Shown here: piece after piece, positions 28,509-41,021 of the stretch | Layout: each line of letters starts with the position of its first letter | Position numbering within the stretch: position 1 is the stretch's first letter | Source: Welwitschia mirabilis | Taxonomy: Eukaryota | Assembly: GCA_051453625.1 (NCBI GenBank) | Contig: JBOZIK010000001.1 | Location: forward strand, 17,316,760-17,380,759 | DNA length: 64,000 bases | Direction of reading: 5' to 3' | Made by a program: the position numbers and the translations under genes | Notes under the pieces: model-generated | Databases searched by the model: none | The model's input: the letters and a program-made list of their open reading frames with translations, nothing else | What the model was told of the DNA's origin: nothing

Positions 28509-30292
28509 TACCTCCTAATCAAACATTTGCTATATTGCTAGCAAAAATATGATAATTAAATGATTAACATGGGAAAATTATATAAGGAAAATCACTAAAG
28601 TGTGAAAAATGATATATTTTTGAAAAATTTATAACTAATTTTTAAAATTTAAGGATCAAAATTTAAAAATTCTATGAAAAGTAATGTGAAAACTAGGTGT
28701 CATACCTCTTAATCAAAACTAGACTTTATCCTCAAAATTTTATTATATAAAGTTTTAAAACCATTTTGAGAATAGATCCTTAGAAAAATCTTGATTACTC
28801 CTTTTTTATTTGAAAAAAAAAAAGAAGAAAACATTACCTAATATGAGATGACCACTTTTTATAGTTTGCTAAAAATTCTAATTGAAAAGTTAATTCATAA
28901 AAAGTATCTTATCTCTTATGATGTTATTACTCATGAAATGAAATAAAGTGGAATGGGTAATGGAGATAGGAAATGAAAATGTGTCAAAGGACTCAACCAT
29001 ACAACCATGAATAAAGAAGAGAACCTACCTCAGTTAATGATCTTTATAATGTTTTTGTAATTTTTAATAGATCTTGATATCAAACAAGCATAGGATTAAC
29101 TAGGTCACTTTTAAAAATTTAAGAAATCATAGCAAATTTTAAGCATTTCAGTTAAAAGATTAAAAAATGTAGAAGGCATCTAATTCCCATTTCGTTCTTT
29201 CCTTTATTTTTCTTTTCTACTAGCATATATGTCCTTTTGTTTTAATCATTTGAATCACATTGAACACCTAGTGTTGCAACATTTTACTTCAATAGAGTTA
29301 ATCATGTTGTTTTATGAATAAATTAGTGTTGCATTACTAGTAAGCATCTTTATCCATGATGCAAGTGATTATATTGTAAATAGATTAATAGAGCTTCACT
29401 ACTAATGAGCATCCATAGCCTTGATGTAGTTAACTAAACTTAATCAAGTGATTATGAAAGTACATGTGGAGAAGAGATATTAATTTTCTTTTTATTCGTA
29501 TTCATTTTTTAGTTCATGTAATAGGGGTTATTAGCTCATTATCATAATTTAAAGAAAAAAACTTGTTTTCATTAAAAGCATTATAAACATAAGAAACATA
29601 ATATAAAGGTAGTTTCCTCCATTTCCAGCCATGTTTTACTAAAATTAAAGGTCTTAAGTAAACATGACTTTAATGATCAAACTTAAAATAAGGGTATCTT
29701 TTCCTTAAAAATGCATAAGTATACTTAATCATAACTATTACTTAAATGGTAATGAGATTACTTATTATTGAGTTTTACTAAAGAACATTAACCTGGGTCT
29801 ATAGGTCTCAAGAATTCATAAGTAAATGATTGAGGTGAATGATTCATTAGGAAATGGAAGGGGTAAATGGGGAGACTTAAGTGAATGATTAAATAAGTAT
29901 TAATGCTTTGGTGTTTTCATTAGAAATATATCCTTAGGAAACACTTGACTTCTAATGAAATGACTTATTTGAAGAGTTTCAAAAGACTCAAAAGCATGAT
30001 AATTATTAGATTAAGAGTTGGAAAAATGAATGCTAATTGATAACATAAGATGGAAAATATTTTTAAGGGAGGAACCTGCACATAAGTTCAATAATTTAGA
30101 TAAAGTACTAGGATACAAACAGTATATTCCAAACCTTTGAAGTATTAGGGTGAAAATAGTATTAGGGTGCAAGTAGTATATAATGTAAAACATCTTTCTT
30201 AAAAGGTAGTTGAATAGAATTCAAAGAAACATGTTAGATAATCCTATAAGATAATTTTAAAGCATCAAAGGAGTTATTTTAATTATGAATGT

Positions 30293-32420
30293 TTAGTTAA
30301 AAATTAAAGGGGTAACATTTAATATATAAGGATAACATTCAAAGTTATAAAATTCATTAATAAAATTACCCTCATTAGGAAGGCTTGGTAATTTCATCGT
30401 GTTGAAAATATTCAAGCTTATAGTCATTTTTTCAAATGATATTTTCATTTGATCATTTCTATAATTAATGAGAGCATTAGATGTCACAAGAAAAGGTCTT
30501 CCTAAAATGATTGATGCTAAGTTATGTTTTTTTATTTTCATTTTTAGAACAATGAAGTCTATTGGGAACTAGCATTTATTCACTTAAACTATTACATCCT
30601 TAACTATTTCTAGTAATGTCTTCATATAATTTTCCTCTGGGTGTAATTAGATTTTAGTATTTTTAGGATCTTTTAAGCCAAGTTCCTTGTATACATAACA
30701 AGGTATAATGTTAACACTTACTTTAAGGTTTAACAAGGCTTACTTAATTTTTTTATCTCTAATTCTAATGGCTATTATAAGGCAATTAAAATCTTGAATG
30801 ATTGTGTTGGTTTCTTGGGCTAAGAAGTCTTTACATTCGACATTCATACATCTCTTTACTATGCTTATATCCTTAAGGAATTTTGCATAATGGGGAACTT
30901 ATTTCATTACTTCTAAAATAGACATGTTAATCTTAAGTACCTTAAAACTGTATAAGGCATTTAGCTATTGTTTCTTTATGTTATAATTCTTAAGTTATTG
31001 AAGAAATGATAAAGGTTCTCAATAATTAGCAAAGGTTTTTCTAAGTCCTTTACTATTTCCTTATTCAATGCTTAGGGTAAGGGTAAAGGTCCTTTTATCA
31101 TTTTATTCTCTTCTTTATTTTCTCCAAGAATTGGTTTTTTTCTTAATCATGTTCTACTTGGGTTGAATAATTAATTATTTTTCACTCCTAAGATAAACGG
31201 CCTTAGTTTTTTCTATTTGACTTATANNNNNNNNNNNNNNNNNNNNNNNNNNNNNNNNNNNNNNNNNNNNNNNNNNNNNNNNNNNNNNNNNNNNNNNNNN
31301 NNNNNNNNNNNNNNNNNNNNNNNNNNNNNNNNNNNNNNNNNNNNNNNNNNNNNNNNNNNNNNNNNNNNNNNNNNNNNNNNNNNNNNNNNNNNNNNNNNNN
31401 NNNNNNNNNNNNNNNNNNNNNNNNNNNNNNNNNNNNNNNNNNNNNNNNNNNNNNNNNNNNNNNNNNNNNNNNNNNNNNNNNNNNNNNNNNNNNNNNNNNN
31501 NNNNNNNNNNNNNNNNNNNNNNNNNNNNNNNNNNNNNNNNNNNNNNNNNNNNNNNNNNNNNNNNNNNNNNNNNNNNNNNNNNNNNNNNNNNNNNNNNNNN
31601 NNNNNNNNNNNNNNNNNNNNNNNNNNNNNNNNNNNNNNNNNNNNNNNNNNNNNNNNNNNNNNNNNNNNNNNNNNNNNNNNNNNNNNNNNNNNNNNNNNNN
31701 NNNNNNNNNNNNNNNNNNNNNNNNNNNNNNNNNNNNNNNNNNNNNNNNNNNTTATTAACTTCTAAGTTATCAAGTAATTTAAATACACTAGTGAATCTAA
31801 CAATATGATTAAATATGAATTATTCACTTCACCATTCTAAAATATTAGAGTCTTAGCTATCATTTTAAGATAATTACAAACTTCATCTAATGGAATACTA
31901 AGGAAAATTTTCCTACTTATTGTCTCAACTAAGTGCTTATTTTGTGAATAACCCATCATGAAAAAAAGCTAGTTTAATTCTTCACATAAATATATGCTAT
32001 GGATAGTTTGCCAATAAGTCCTTATACTTTTTAAGGCTTGGGATGATTTCTCATGGTTCTTTTTTTTTTTTGGATAGTTCATTATTTTTCTTTTTAAGGC
32101 ATTTATTTTATGATTGGAAAATAATTTGGATATAAAGGCCTTCTTTAAATTATACTAGGATCTAACTGATAAGAAATTGAGAATACAGAGACATGATTTA
32201 ACCTTCTCGTTTAAGAAAAATAAAAAAGAAGTAAACTTATGTGTGTTGTAAGTGTTTAGATATTGAGGTATTATTGACAATAAATATTTAAAATTATTAA
32301 GATGTAAGCATGAGTTATCTAATTATAAATCATGAATGTGAAGGAATATCTATATGGTAGATGGTTTAATCTCTAACCTTTGATTTATATGCAGTTAAAC
32401 TATGTATGAAGGGATTTCTA
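30293..32420 (-). pseudogene. gag: Athila-type gag and protease of element B (decayed)
   Basis: ORF 30293-30541 (IILGRPFLVTSNALINYRNDQMKISF...LNIFNTMK), ALLNLKVSVNIIP at ~30700-30740, PHYAKFLKD, and Retrotrans_gag remnants at 31900-32400. Confidence 0.85.
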
Positions 32421-34580
32421 AGTNNNNNNNNNNNNNNNNNNNNNNNNNNNNNNNNNNNNNNNNNNNNNNNNNNNNNNNATTTTTATTTTTTACTATATCT
32501 TGGTTAATGAAAAAGGTAGTTAATTGGTTGATTAATGCTTGGTTTAACCATAGAACAATAAAAGAAAATTAAAATCTAAATTAAAAATTTGAGATTTTCT
32601 ATTAGGATGAGAAGGCTTATTTTCTTTGAGTGTTGTTATAAGGTTGGTTTTCCTATGGAATTCTATTCTCTTATTTGGAAATGAGGTCCATATTATTGAA
32701 GGGATTTCTAGTTAATCTACCTAACGCATCTCAAATATAAGACATACAATATTCAAACAAGTTTGAGATAAATTCCAAGAATGTTTTAAATAGAGCCGAA
32801 ATGATAAAGAGGCTTTCAAATTTAACAAAAGGTTTGGGAAAATTTTTGAAGTTTTCTACTCAAAAAAGTTAATGAAACTAGTTAATAAATTTAGTAGCAC
32901 TAGTTAAGATGGAAGTTCCGATTTCCAAAAAAATTAGGGGTTCATAGGATTTTCAAAGAGGGTTTGACATAATAGGGTTATAGGAAAACATAAAAAAATA
33001 AAAAAATGGTAGTGCACTCAGAAACAAACCTAGAGAAAACTAAATCCTAAAAATTTATTTTCATTTTAGTAATTTTTTAATAATTAATTCATAGAATGCT
33101 TTAAGTAGAAATTAAACTACCAAATTAAGAAAATGCATGAAATAAAAGAAAGAATGTAAAGTAAGTTAAATTTTACTTCTTTCATCTATTGATCACAACC
33201 TAGAAAAGCTCTGTTAGATATAAAACATAAAGAATTGATATATAATATAGATTTATTAATAATAGAANNNNNNNNNNNNNNNNNNNNNNNNNNNNNNNNN
33301 NNNNNNNNNNNNNNNNNNNNNNNNNNNNNNNNNNNNNNNNNNNNNNNNNNNNNNNNNNNNNNNNNNNTAGGGGTTCATAGGATTTTCAAAGAGGGTTTGA
33401 CATAATAGGGTTACAGGAAAACATAACAAAAATAAAAAAAATGGTAGTGCACTCAGAACCAAACCTAGAGAAAATTAAATCCTAAAAATTTATTTTTATT
33501 TTAGTAATTTTTTAATAATTAATTCATAGAATTCTTTAAGTAGAAATTAAACTACCAAATTAATAAAATGCATGAAATAAAAGAAAGAATGTAAAGTAAG
33601 TTAAATTTACTTCTTTCATCTATTGATCACAACTTAGAAAAACTCTGTTAAACCTAAAACATAAAGAATTGATATATTATATAGATTTATTAATAATAGA
33701 AAAAATAAAGAAAATACATAGCTTGACTAGTTTTATTATTACTAAAAACCACTAGTATCAACCATTAAAAAGAAATATAAAGGAAATAAATAAACAAATT
33801 AAACAAAAATAGGATAAATTCATGTATCACTGGAGTAAACCATTACCAACCACTAAAAAAACAAAAACTAACTAACTAGATGGCTTATAAGAAAGTANNN
33901 NNNNNNNGTAAAATTTGTGCTCCTTTAGAGTAATTACCATGTCATTATCCTTAACAACAACATTAAAATCTATTCATGTAAGTTAAACAAATTAAATTTA
34001 AACTAGATGAATATCCAATATCATTCTCTTTGTAACTTATAAAAGTTACAAAAGTCTTACTTATCATGTAAGCTATAATAAAAGAAAATTAAAAGAGAGA
34101 GAAAGAGAGTTAAGAAATGTGTTGTGAAAACTTTGTTTAGAGAGATAGGAAAGTAAGAAACTTCCAAGGTCTAGCTTAACTTGTTTACTAGTTATTTTTA
34201 AGCNNNNNNNNNNNNNNNNNNNNNNNNNNNNNNNNNNNNNNNNNNNNNNNNNNNNNNNNNNNNNNNNNNNNNNNNNNNNNNNNNNNNNNNNNNNNNNNNN
34301 NNNATAGATTTATTAATAATAGAAAAACTAAATAAAATACATAGCTTGACTAGTTCTAGTATTACTAAAAACCACTAGTATCAATCATTAAAAAGAAATA
34401 TAAAGGAAATAAACAAACAAATTAAACAAAAATAGGACAAATTCATGTATCAATGGAGTAAACCAATACCAACCACTAAAAAAAAAAAGCTAAACTAACT
34501 AGATAGCTTGTAAGAAAGTAAAATTTGTACTTCTTTAGAGTAATTATCATGTCATTATTATTGACAACAACATTAAAATC

Positions 34581-36015
34581 TATTCATGTAAGTTAAAAAA
34601 ATTAAATTTAAACTAGATGAATTTCCAATATCATTCTCTTTGTAACTTATAAAAGTTACAAAAGTATTACTTATGACATAAGTTATAATAAAATAAAAGG
34701 AAAAGAGAGAGAGAGAGTTAAGAAATGTGTTGTGGAAACTTTGTTTAGAGAGGTAGGGAAGTAAGAAACTTCCAAGGTTTAGCTTAACTTGTTCACTAGT
34801 TATTTCTAAGCTCCAATGATATCTTGCACCTTTCTAAAACATACTTTTAATGTCAAGTAATGATGGCTTAGGTTATGTATACATAATCTTATTTCCTATA
34901 TGAGAATTAATGAATTTAAAAGTTAATTGATCCTTCATAACCCTTAAATAAGAATGAAACATAATGACTTAAAGTACTTAAGATCCTTTACATAAAAATA
35001 ACTTAAATAAACTAAGTAAGAAATTTACTCAAATAAGTAGGTTTACTAAGTATTAAAAGTATAAATTTATCTATAACTCAAAATCAAAGTGAACATATAC
35101 TTTGTATTAAATTATAATAGATACATTACATTAAGGAAAGAAGAAGAAAGCTAGAAGGAACTCCTTAATCTATCCTTGAAGCAAGTTCACCCCTAAAGAA
35201 ATTGCTAGAAAAGTCATGTTGAATTAATGATTGAAGAGTTCTATTGCTTTATTAAAATAAAGGATGTTTCAAATGAGGCCTTAAGGCCCTTTTATAAGTA
35301 AGCATGAAATGGTGGATAGTTACAAGCCTTTTTCTTGTAGCATTAGGTGAGTAGTTATTAAAATATGTTATGTAGTATTAGGTAGGGTCTTTATCATCTT
35401 GCATTAGGTAGGAATTATCACGATGAGTTAATAGTTATTTTTTAAATATTATTACTTCTATCAACTAATGGTATTACCATTTGTCTCCACCATTACCCTA
35501 CTTAGCATTACCACATGTCACTATCATGTGTCGTCGTCATCGTCATCATGTGTTANNNNNNNNNNNNNNNNNNNNNNNNNNNNNNNNNNNNNNNNNNNNN
35601 NNNNNNNNNNNNNNNNNNNNNNNNNNNNNNNNNNNNNNNNNNNNNNNNNNNNNNNTGTGTTATCAAAGATGTTAAATATTTTTGATGTAAATTCTATTTA
35701 ATACCATAATTGCATTTGGATGAATTTTGCATGACAAGTTCAAAATGTGAGATTTAAGATGATTTGCATATAAGGATAGATGGCATTAATGACATAGAGC
35801 CCAAGTGTTTTAAACCCAATAATGTTCATGTTTTGCAATGTTTCTCTCAATGAGATAATTATTTTAAAAATGTCATGAGAAGATGATAAGTCCATGGTTA
35901 TTACAGAATAGAAATATTATACATATTTTTATAATAAATTGATTATATTAATATCTTTTTTATAATTAATTTAATTAAATAACTTCATTAAAATGTTAAT
36001 ATTTATATGCTAACA
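34581..36015 (-). repeat. 5' LTR of element B
   Basis: Follows the eroded tRNA-Asp PBS and matches 27168-28508. Confidence 0.85.
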
Positions 36016-36401
36016 TTTATCTTGTAGCATTTGGTGGAGTGATTGGAATCTTCATCTTGTAGTTTTTATGAAAGTGGTTAAAATATTTGTCTTCTACTAT
36101 TTAGTGGGATTATTATGAAGAGTCCAAAATGTAGTCTTGTAAGAAACATTTCTCTAGTAATTATTATCACTGCCATATGTCTTTAGTGCAATTATTATTT
36201 CATGCAGATTTGGATTCATTATAGAAAATGTGGTCCCAAACATGGCAAAAAATCTAAAAACATTATGGATAAAAGAATAAACTCATAGAAGGCAAAAATT
36301 ATAAAATATATTTTTTATAATGAAATTATTAAATTAATGGCTTCATCTATGCTAAAGTATCTTGATATGCTTAATATAAATGTTAATTTTATACATTATT
36401 A

Positions 36402-38023
36402 AGTGTGAATTTTCTAATCTAGTCATCTTATTAGGCTTTAATGTATTAGTCTTAATGTCAACATCTATGTTACTATTAGAGTGTAATGGTTGCACATGTA
36501 AATGAGGTTTATTTTTCAAATCCTTATCCTTATCATCCTACATACAAATAGAAGTTTATATGTAGGCATCATTAATTTTTACATTTATTATTCCTTCCAT
36601 AATTAGAGTTTTTTTGGTTATAAAGTTTATAAGCTTTTGTAATCATAGAATATCCAAGGAAAATATTTTCATCAACTTGGGCATCAAAATTTGTAAGTTA
36701 GCCCTTTTCATTTAAGATATAAAATTTAGAACTAAAGATGTGAAAATAACTTATAGCCTTCATTATGCATTGTCCTACCATAGTGAAATTGAAATATAGT
36801 AAGTAGTATTGATTATTTTAGTCCAAGAATGGTAAATTATCTTTCTATCATTCAACATAAATCTCACCATCTCATTTAGATATCCAATTTTGCACTTTGC
36901 ATATCTATTTCATTACATATACTTGGAGAATAAAATTAATAGTTTATTCCTTATTATTTACAAAAATCCCTAAAGTGTAAATTTTTAAATTTATCATTAT
37001 TGTTACTTTGAATGGTCTTGATGGAGTACATTTTTAATTTTATAGCCTATTTTACAACTTAAAGGAATTGTTAAAAGCATTTTCGTTATGAGCAAGAAAG
37101 TTTACCCATGTAAAATAAGTATAATCATTAATCATAATAATGTAGTAGCATTTACTTTTAAGATTTATAGTTTAAGAAGAACAAACTATGGTAATATGTA
37201 GCATCTCTAAAGGATAAGAAGTAGAAATCAGCTCTAACTTTTATTTACTTTTCATTTTGATGGACATCACAAGATTATTTATCAAAGTTTTTAAGATTGA
37301 AAATACCTCTTAGAAGTTGTTTTGATTATAATATTTATATGAATTCCATGTTCACATGTATAAGCTTCTTGTGTAAAAAATTTGTATCACCCATGATACA
37401 GAGTAAACACTTGATACATTTGTTAGTAATATTATGAAGTAATGTAACATAACTTTTTTCTTTCATGTTATTAATGAATAAAACTTTAGAATCATAATCC
37501 TTAATAGTACAACCATTTTTTAAAAAAGTGATATTAAAATTAGAGTTACAAAGCTAGCTAATTTTTAAGAGGTTACGTTATAATCCATTTATATAAGATA
37601 CATTTTTAATCCCAAGAATTTTTTACCTTCTTTTGTACTAATTGCTCTAATTGAATACTTTTTACTATCACCAAATGAAGGAACATCCTAATCTTAATTA
37701 ATAAGATGGTGAAAATTAATTTATCTTCTGCTACATGTCTGAAGAACCCCCTATCTACATAATAAAGGTGTGTTTTCATGACTCATAAGGCTATTTAATT
37801 AAGAAAGGTACTATTTTAGTAATTTGAAATTTAATTTTTTTTAATTTTCTTGCATAACTTTTCTATTCCCTTTCTCTAGCATATTAACCATGATAAGCAT
37901 AATTATGTCTTCTAAAAAGTAATGATAAAAATTCCTACAATGTTCTCTTTTAGGATAGTAAGAAAATAATGTTATCTATATATGCTAAATATTCATATCT
38001 TGGCTTATAATTCTAGCTTAAAA
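36402..38023 (-). pseudogene. pol: Copia protease, GAG-pre-integrase and integrase (decayed)
   Basis: Minus-strand remnants YVDRGFFRHVA (cf. YLDSGCSRHMT, ~37730-37765), NLLKIS*LC, STSYPLEML and FDAQVDENIFLGYSMITKAYKLYNQKT (~36610-36690). Confidence 0.85.
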
Positions 38024-38123
38024 NNNNNNNNNNNNNNNNNNNNNNNNNNNNNNNNNNNNNNNNNNNNNNNNNNNNNNNNNNNNNNNNNNNNNNNNNNNNN
38101 NNNNNNNNNNNNNNNNNNNNNNN

Positions 38124-40390
38124 ATGATCTTTTTTGGTTACTTTATTTAGTTTTTTAAAATCAATATACATTATTCACTTCTCATATTCCTTAGGCACTA
38201 CTATTAAATGGATAATTCATTTACTATTAGATATGATAAAAATAATTCTAGAATCCATTAATTTAATGATTTCATACTTTATGACTTATTTAAGAGCTAG
38301 ATTTAATTTATTTTAGGGTTTTCTAATAGGTTTTGGATTATCCTCAAAGTAGATTTTATGTTAAATAATGGAAGTAGGAATGGCTATTAAATCTTTATAG
38401 GATTAAGAAAATGCATTAATCTTAGAATTCAAGAGTGATATTAAAATCAATTCTTGTTGAAGGAAAATATTCTCATTTATTACCAATAGTTTGTTTTGAT
38501 CATTACACATGAAGATATATTTTAGTCCACTAAGTAAAGGTTTTATATTTAATTCCAGATTTTTAGCTTTTGTAAAATTTTTATCAAAGTTAACTATTGA
38601 CTTAGACTTTCATCTATAAGACTATAATGGATGATCTTCCTTAAAATATGAAATCTCAGTTGTTCCTAAATGTTAGACTTCTTTATATATTGCAGTTTTA
38701 GTTTCTTCAATATTCTAATTAAAACAATTTATTCCTAAATGCTCATAATTGAGTTGATTATCATTGAAAGCTTTTAAGTTTTCTAGTTTAAGTGCATTGT
38801 CAAATAAGATAGGCTTATGAAGCATTAATCATCTCTGTTTAAGTGGATGATGATATAAAAATATAGTTGGCTTAATTTATTCTTTAATATTCACCTCATC
38901 ATCTAGGTCTTTTTTAGCAACATTAAAATTTTAATGATAAACTTTTTATTGCCTAAGTGACATTCCATTATTCTAGTTCTTATATTTATAATACAATGGG
39001 ATATTGCACAAAATTCTCTACCTAGAAGTAGTTCATAACCTCCCTTATTCTCAATTTCAATCACAACTATATCTATTGGATAGAATGCTTCCTTAATTTA
39101 TATCACCAAATCTTTCATTACTCTTAAATATTTCTTTGTTAATTTATCTATCAATTCTAAGACAACTCATGTAGGCTCAATTCTACTTTCGAAACCAAAT
39201 CATTGACAAATGTGTAAAGGCATAATGTTAACACTGGTTCCTATATTAGTGAAGGCTATTTTTATTCTTTTATATTTTTTGTTAATGTGACACTTACTGG
39301 TGTTACCTCTGGATCCTTAAATTTTGGACATTTTTATAAAGCTAAGTTGGTTATAAATTGGGCTAGGAAGACTTTACTAGACATGGTTTGTTTTTACTTT
39401 CTTCTAATTAGATATCTCCATAACTTAGAATATTTAGAATTTGTTTATATGAGTTTTTAAAATAGTAAATTTATACTCACATTTTGCATTAAGGCTTTAA
39501 GATTTTCATGAAAAGTAAGATTTGTATGTAATATATCAAGCCAAGTTGTAGTAGGTTTCTTATCTTTATCTTGAGAAGAATTTTTCTTTTTATCATTTAA
39601 AGGAGAAGAGAAAGTATGATTTTTTAAAATTTCAATATCCTCTTCTTCTTTATTAGTCTTATCATTTTAAAAAGTTTAAACCTCATGGGTAAGAGGTATT
39701 ATATCATTTCCACTTCTTGTTATAACCTTACAATCTTTTATTACTTCATTAGAATTTGGTAAAAGTTGTGTTGTAAGTAATCCTTGTGATCTTTCATTTG
39801 CAAGCATAGTTTATTAAATAACATTCATAAGATTTTCAATATTTATATTTGTTTTCTCTTGAGATTTTATTAATTCATCAATTGAATTTCTAAGTGGATC
39901 ACTTTGATTTTGTGAATTTGATGTGCTTGCTTAACAATTTAAGTTACTTGGTTGAAAGTTTGAATTGTTTGTTTGAAAGTTAATATTCTCAAATCTATTT
40001 CTGAATGGTTAAAAATTTGGATGATTTGCTTGAAATTTTTTAAATTTTTTCTCAAAGGATTAAAAATTTAATTGTTCATTCATTCTAGGTTGAATATGAT
40101 TTTGATTTTCAATTTTAAAGTTTGAAAACTTTTGGTTAAATGTGCATACCTATTCATAAATCTTCTCTTTGTAAGTAGGTAATAAAGGATACTCTTTTGT
40201 TATATGATAGTTATCTTTACACAAATCATAAGTTGAAACCACACTCTTTTCAATTGTCACTTTTGCATATAATATCATTTTAATATACTTTTCTAATGTT
40301 GTTATAAATTTTTTAAGGAAATTTTTTGGTTCTTTTGTTTTTTCTACTTCCTCCTTTCCTTATTTTACTTCTTTAAGATCTTTTATGATT
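38124..40390 (-). pseudogene. pol: Athila-type gag-pol relic (element C): zinc knuckle, protease and start of RT
   Basis: DLCKDNYHITKEYP (~40190-40230), AFTNIGTSVNIMP (~39220-39258), LLLGREF, IKPLLSGLKYIF, HKIYFEDNPKP, and LNLALK*VIKYEIIKLMDSRIIFIISNS...VVPKE (cf. RLNPxMKEVVKKEVxKLLDAGIIYPISDS...VVPKK). Confidence 0.85.
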
Positions 40391-40396
40391 TGGCAT

Positions 40397-41021
40397 CATT
40401 ACAATATGTATTTGTATAAATGATTATGCTCAAGAATATTTTGTCATTTACAAATAAAATAGATATCTTATACAACACAACATCCTAATATAGATAAGAT
40501 GGATCTAAATATCATAATCCATCAAATTCCCAGGATAGAAAAAAAAGAATTGATTTCAATAAGAAACACTTATGTATTTTCATAATAAAAATAAATTACA
40601 ATGCAGCAAAGTATAATGTAACATACTTATACAAAGTTAATGTAGGAATAAAAATGAATAATGCATTTAAACTAATAATGATCAACCTTGATAAAGGTTA
40701 CTTTAATAACCTATATTACTCAAAAAATTATCACTATATTAGAAGTAACATAAACTATGAGGTTAAGTATAACAAGCATAGAAAATGAAAAAGAGTTTTT
40801 TATATTATTTAAACCACATCCATGTTACAAAACAACCACACCTCAATGGAGAAATCACAACACAATACCAAAAAAGATGTCTCTATATGACTACAAAGTA
40901 TGGTTCTCTAGCCCTTCGATCTCCTATCATGAGAATTTCTGGTGCAAGTGAAAAAAAGCTAGAGTTAAGAGCCAAACTAATACTTATTAATAATAAACAT
41001 ACAAAGAATAAAATAGAGAAA
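40397..41021 (-). repeat. Partial LTR (TGTTG...CAACA family) interrupting element C gag, itself interrupted at 41022
   Basis: Collinear with the first ~600 bp of the LTRs starting at 41022 and 45041. Confidence 0.7.

Larger units (their letters stand above)
27168..36015 (-). mobile_element. Element B: Athila-like gag and protease-only element nested in the 5' LTR of A
   Basis: LTRs at 27168-28508 and 34581-36015, both starting tattcat.taagt and ending ...taaca. TSD TTCAT/TTTAT. PBS at 33947-33965 (duplicate 34557-34575). PPT context tacctcctaatcaaac at 28509. Confidence 0.85.
14839..36401 (-). mobile_element. Element A: Athila-like Ty3/gypsy with gag and protease only, inserted in the copia pol
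   Basis: Two homologous LTRs, an eroded tRNA-Asp PBS at 25691-25709, PPT context after 16171, and gag/PR remnants. Flanks AGGAT/AGTGT are a possible eroded TSD; removing A rejoins copia ...KIHPL..KIIG. Confidence 0.8.
9106..38023 (-). mobile_element. SIRE/Sirevirus-like Ty1/copia element, decayed, interrupted by element A; 5' end lost at the 38024 gap
   Basis: Copia domain order on the minus strand: protease and integrase at 36402-38000, RT and RNase H at 13070-14668. A long region of about 2.4 kb separates pol from the putative 3' LTR. Confidence 0.75.

Noticed and set aside
35520-35555. Short (TCG/TCA)n run next to a gap
   Set aside because: A small microsatellite inside B's LTR with no evidence of function.
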